Of a stretch of DNA of 24,608 nt, positions 24,139 to 24,608 are shown piece after piece. How positions within the stretch are numbered: position 1 is the first letter of the stretch; each line of letters starts with the position of its first letter. The stretch is from Tubiluchus corallicola (Eukaryota; Animalia; Priapulida). The stretch lies in contig JAQGDQ010001813.1 of NCBI GenBank assembly GCA_030141605.1, positions 1-24,608 of the forward strand. The letters run 5' to 3'. The translations under genes and the position numbers were made by a program. The notes beneath the pieces were generated by a model. It was not told where the DNA came from. It did not search any database and was given only the letters and a program-made list of their open reading frames with translations.

Positions 24139-24608
24139 ACTAATACAATTATAGTTATTGTTATTATAATAGTTATAGTTATAATTATAGTTAAAGTTAT
24201 AGTTATAGTTACTAATACAATTATAGTTATTGTTATTATAATAGTTATAGTTATAATTATAGTTAAAGTTATAGTTATAGTTACTAATACAATTATAGTT
24301 ATTGTTATTATAATAGTTATAGTTATAATTATAGTTAAAGTTATAGTTATAGTTACTAATACAATTATAGTTATTGTTATTATAATAGTTATAGTTATAA
24401 TTATAGTTAAAGTTATAGTTATAGTTACTAATACAATTATAGTTATTGTTATTATAATAGTTATAGTTATAATTATAGTTAAAGTTATAGTTATAGTTAC
24501 TAATACAATTATAGTTATTGTTATTATAATAGTTATAGTTATAATTATAGTTAAAGTTATAGTTATAGTTACTAATACAATTATAGTTATTGTTATTATA
24601 ATAGTTAT
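24139..24608. repeat. Homogeneous 72 bp higher-order unit of the (TATAGT) array, >=6.5 copies
   Basis: The TTAAAG marker occurs at 24191, 24263, 24335, 24407, 24479 and 24551. Confidence 0.93.

Larger units (their letters stand above)
21973..24608 (-). repeat. Right arm of the large inverted repeat (runs off the window end)
   Basis: It is the reverse complement of 17309 back to ~14972 and then continues as an expanded 72 bp array. Confidence 0.96.

Overview
AT-rich, repeat-dense, intron-containing eukaryotic DNA, most likely from an invertebrate animal. It is not prokaryotic: I found no operons, CRISPR arrays, rRNA or intact tRNA. Nearly all listed ORFs are artefacts of micro/minisatellites. 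Real coding signal comes from two genes. (i) The last two exons of a short collagen-domain gene lie on + (1149-1250 and 2674-2822). (ii) The last two exons of a gamma-glutamyl transpeptidase (GGT) gene lie on - (19477-19590 and 19233-19382); the donor between them reads GGAAGC rather than GTAAGC. The GGT 3' end sits in the 4.66 kb loop of a >=2.3 kb near-perfect inverted repeat (~14972-17309 / 21973-window end), whose inner breakpoint cuts a pogo/Tigger-type MITE. Also present are decayed CR1-like, RTE-like and L2-like LINE 3' ends, a ~184 nt GC-rich rod-like foldback, a telomere-like G-rich tract, and many tandem arrays (units of ~15, ~30, 43, 47, 72, 83 and 103+6n bp). All alignments were made by eye and family assignments rest on recalled motifs, not database searches.
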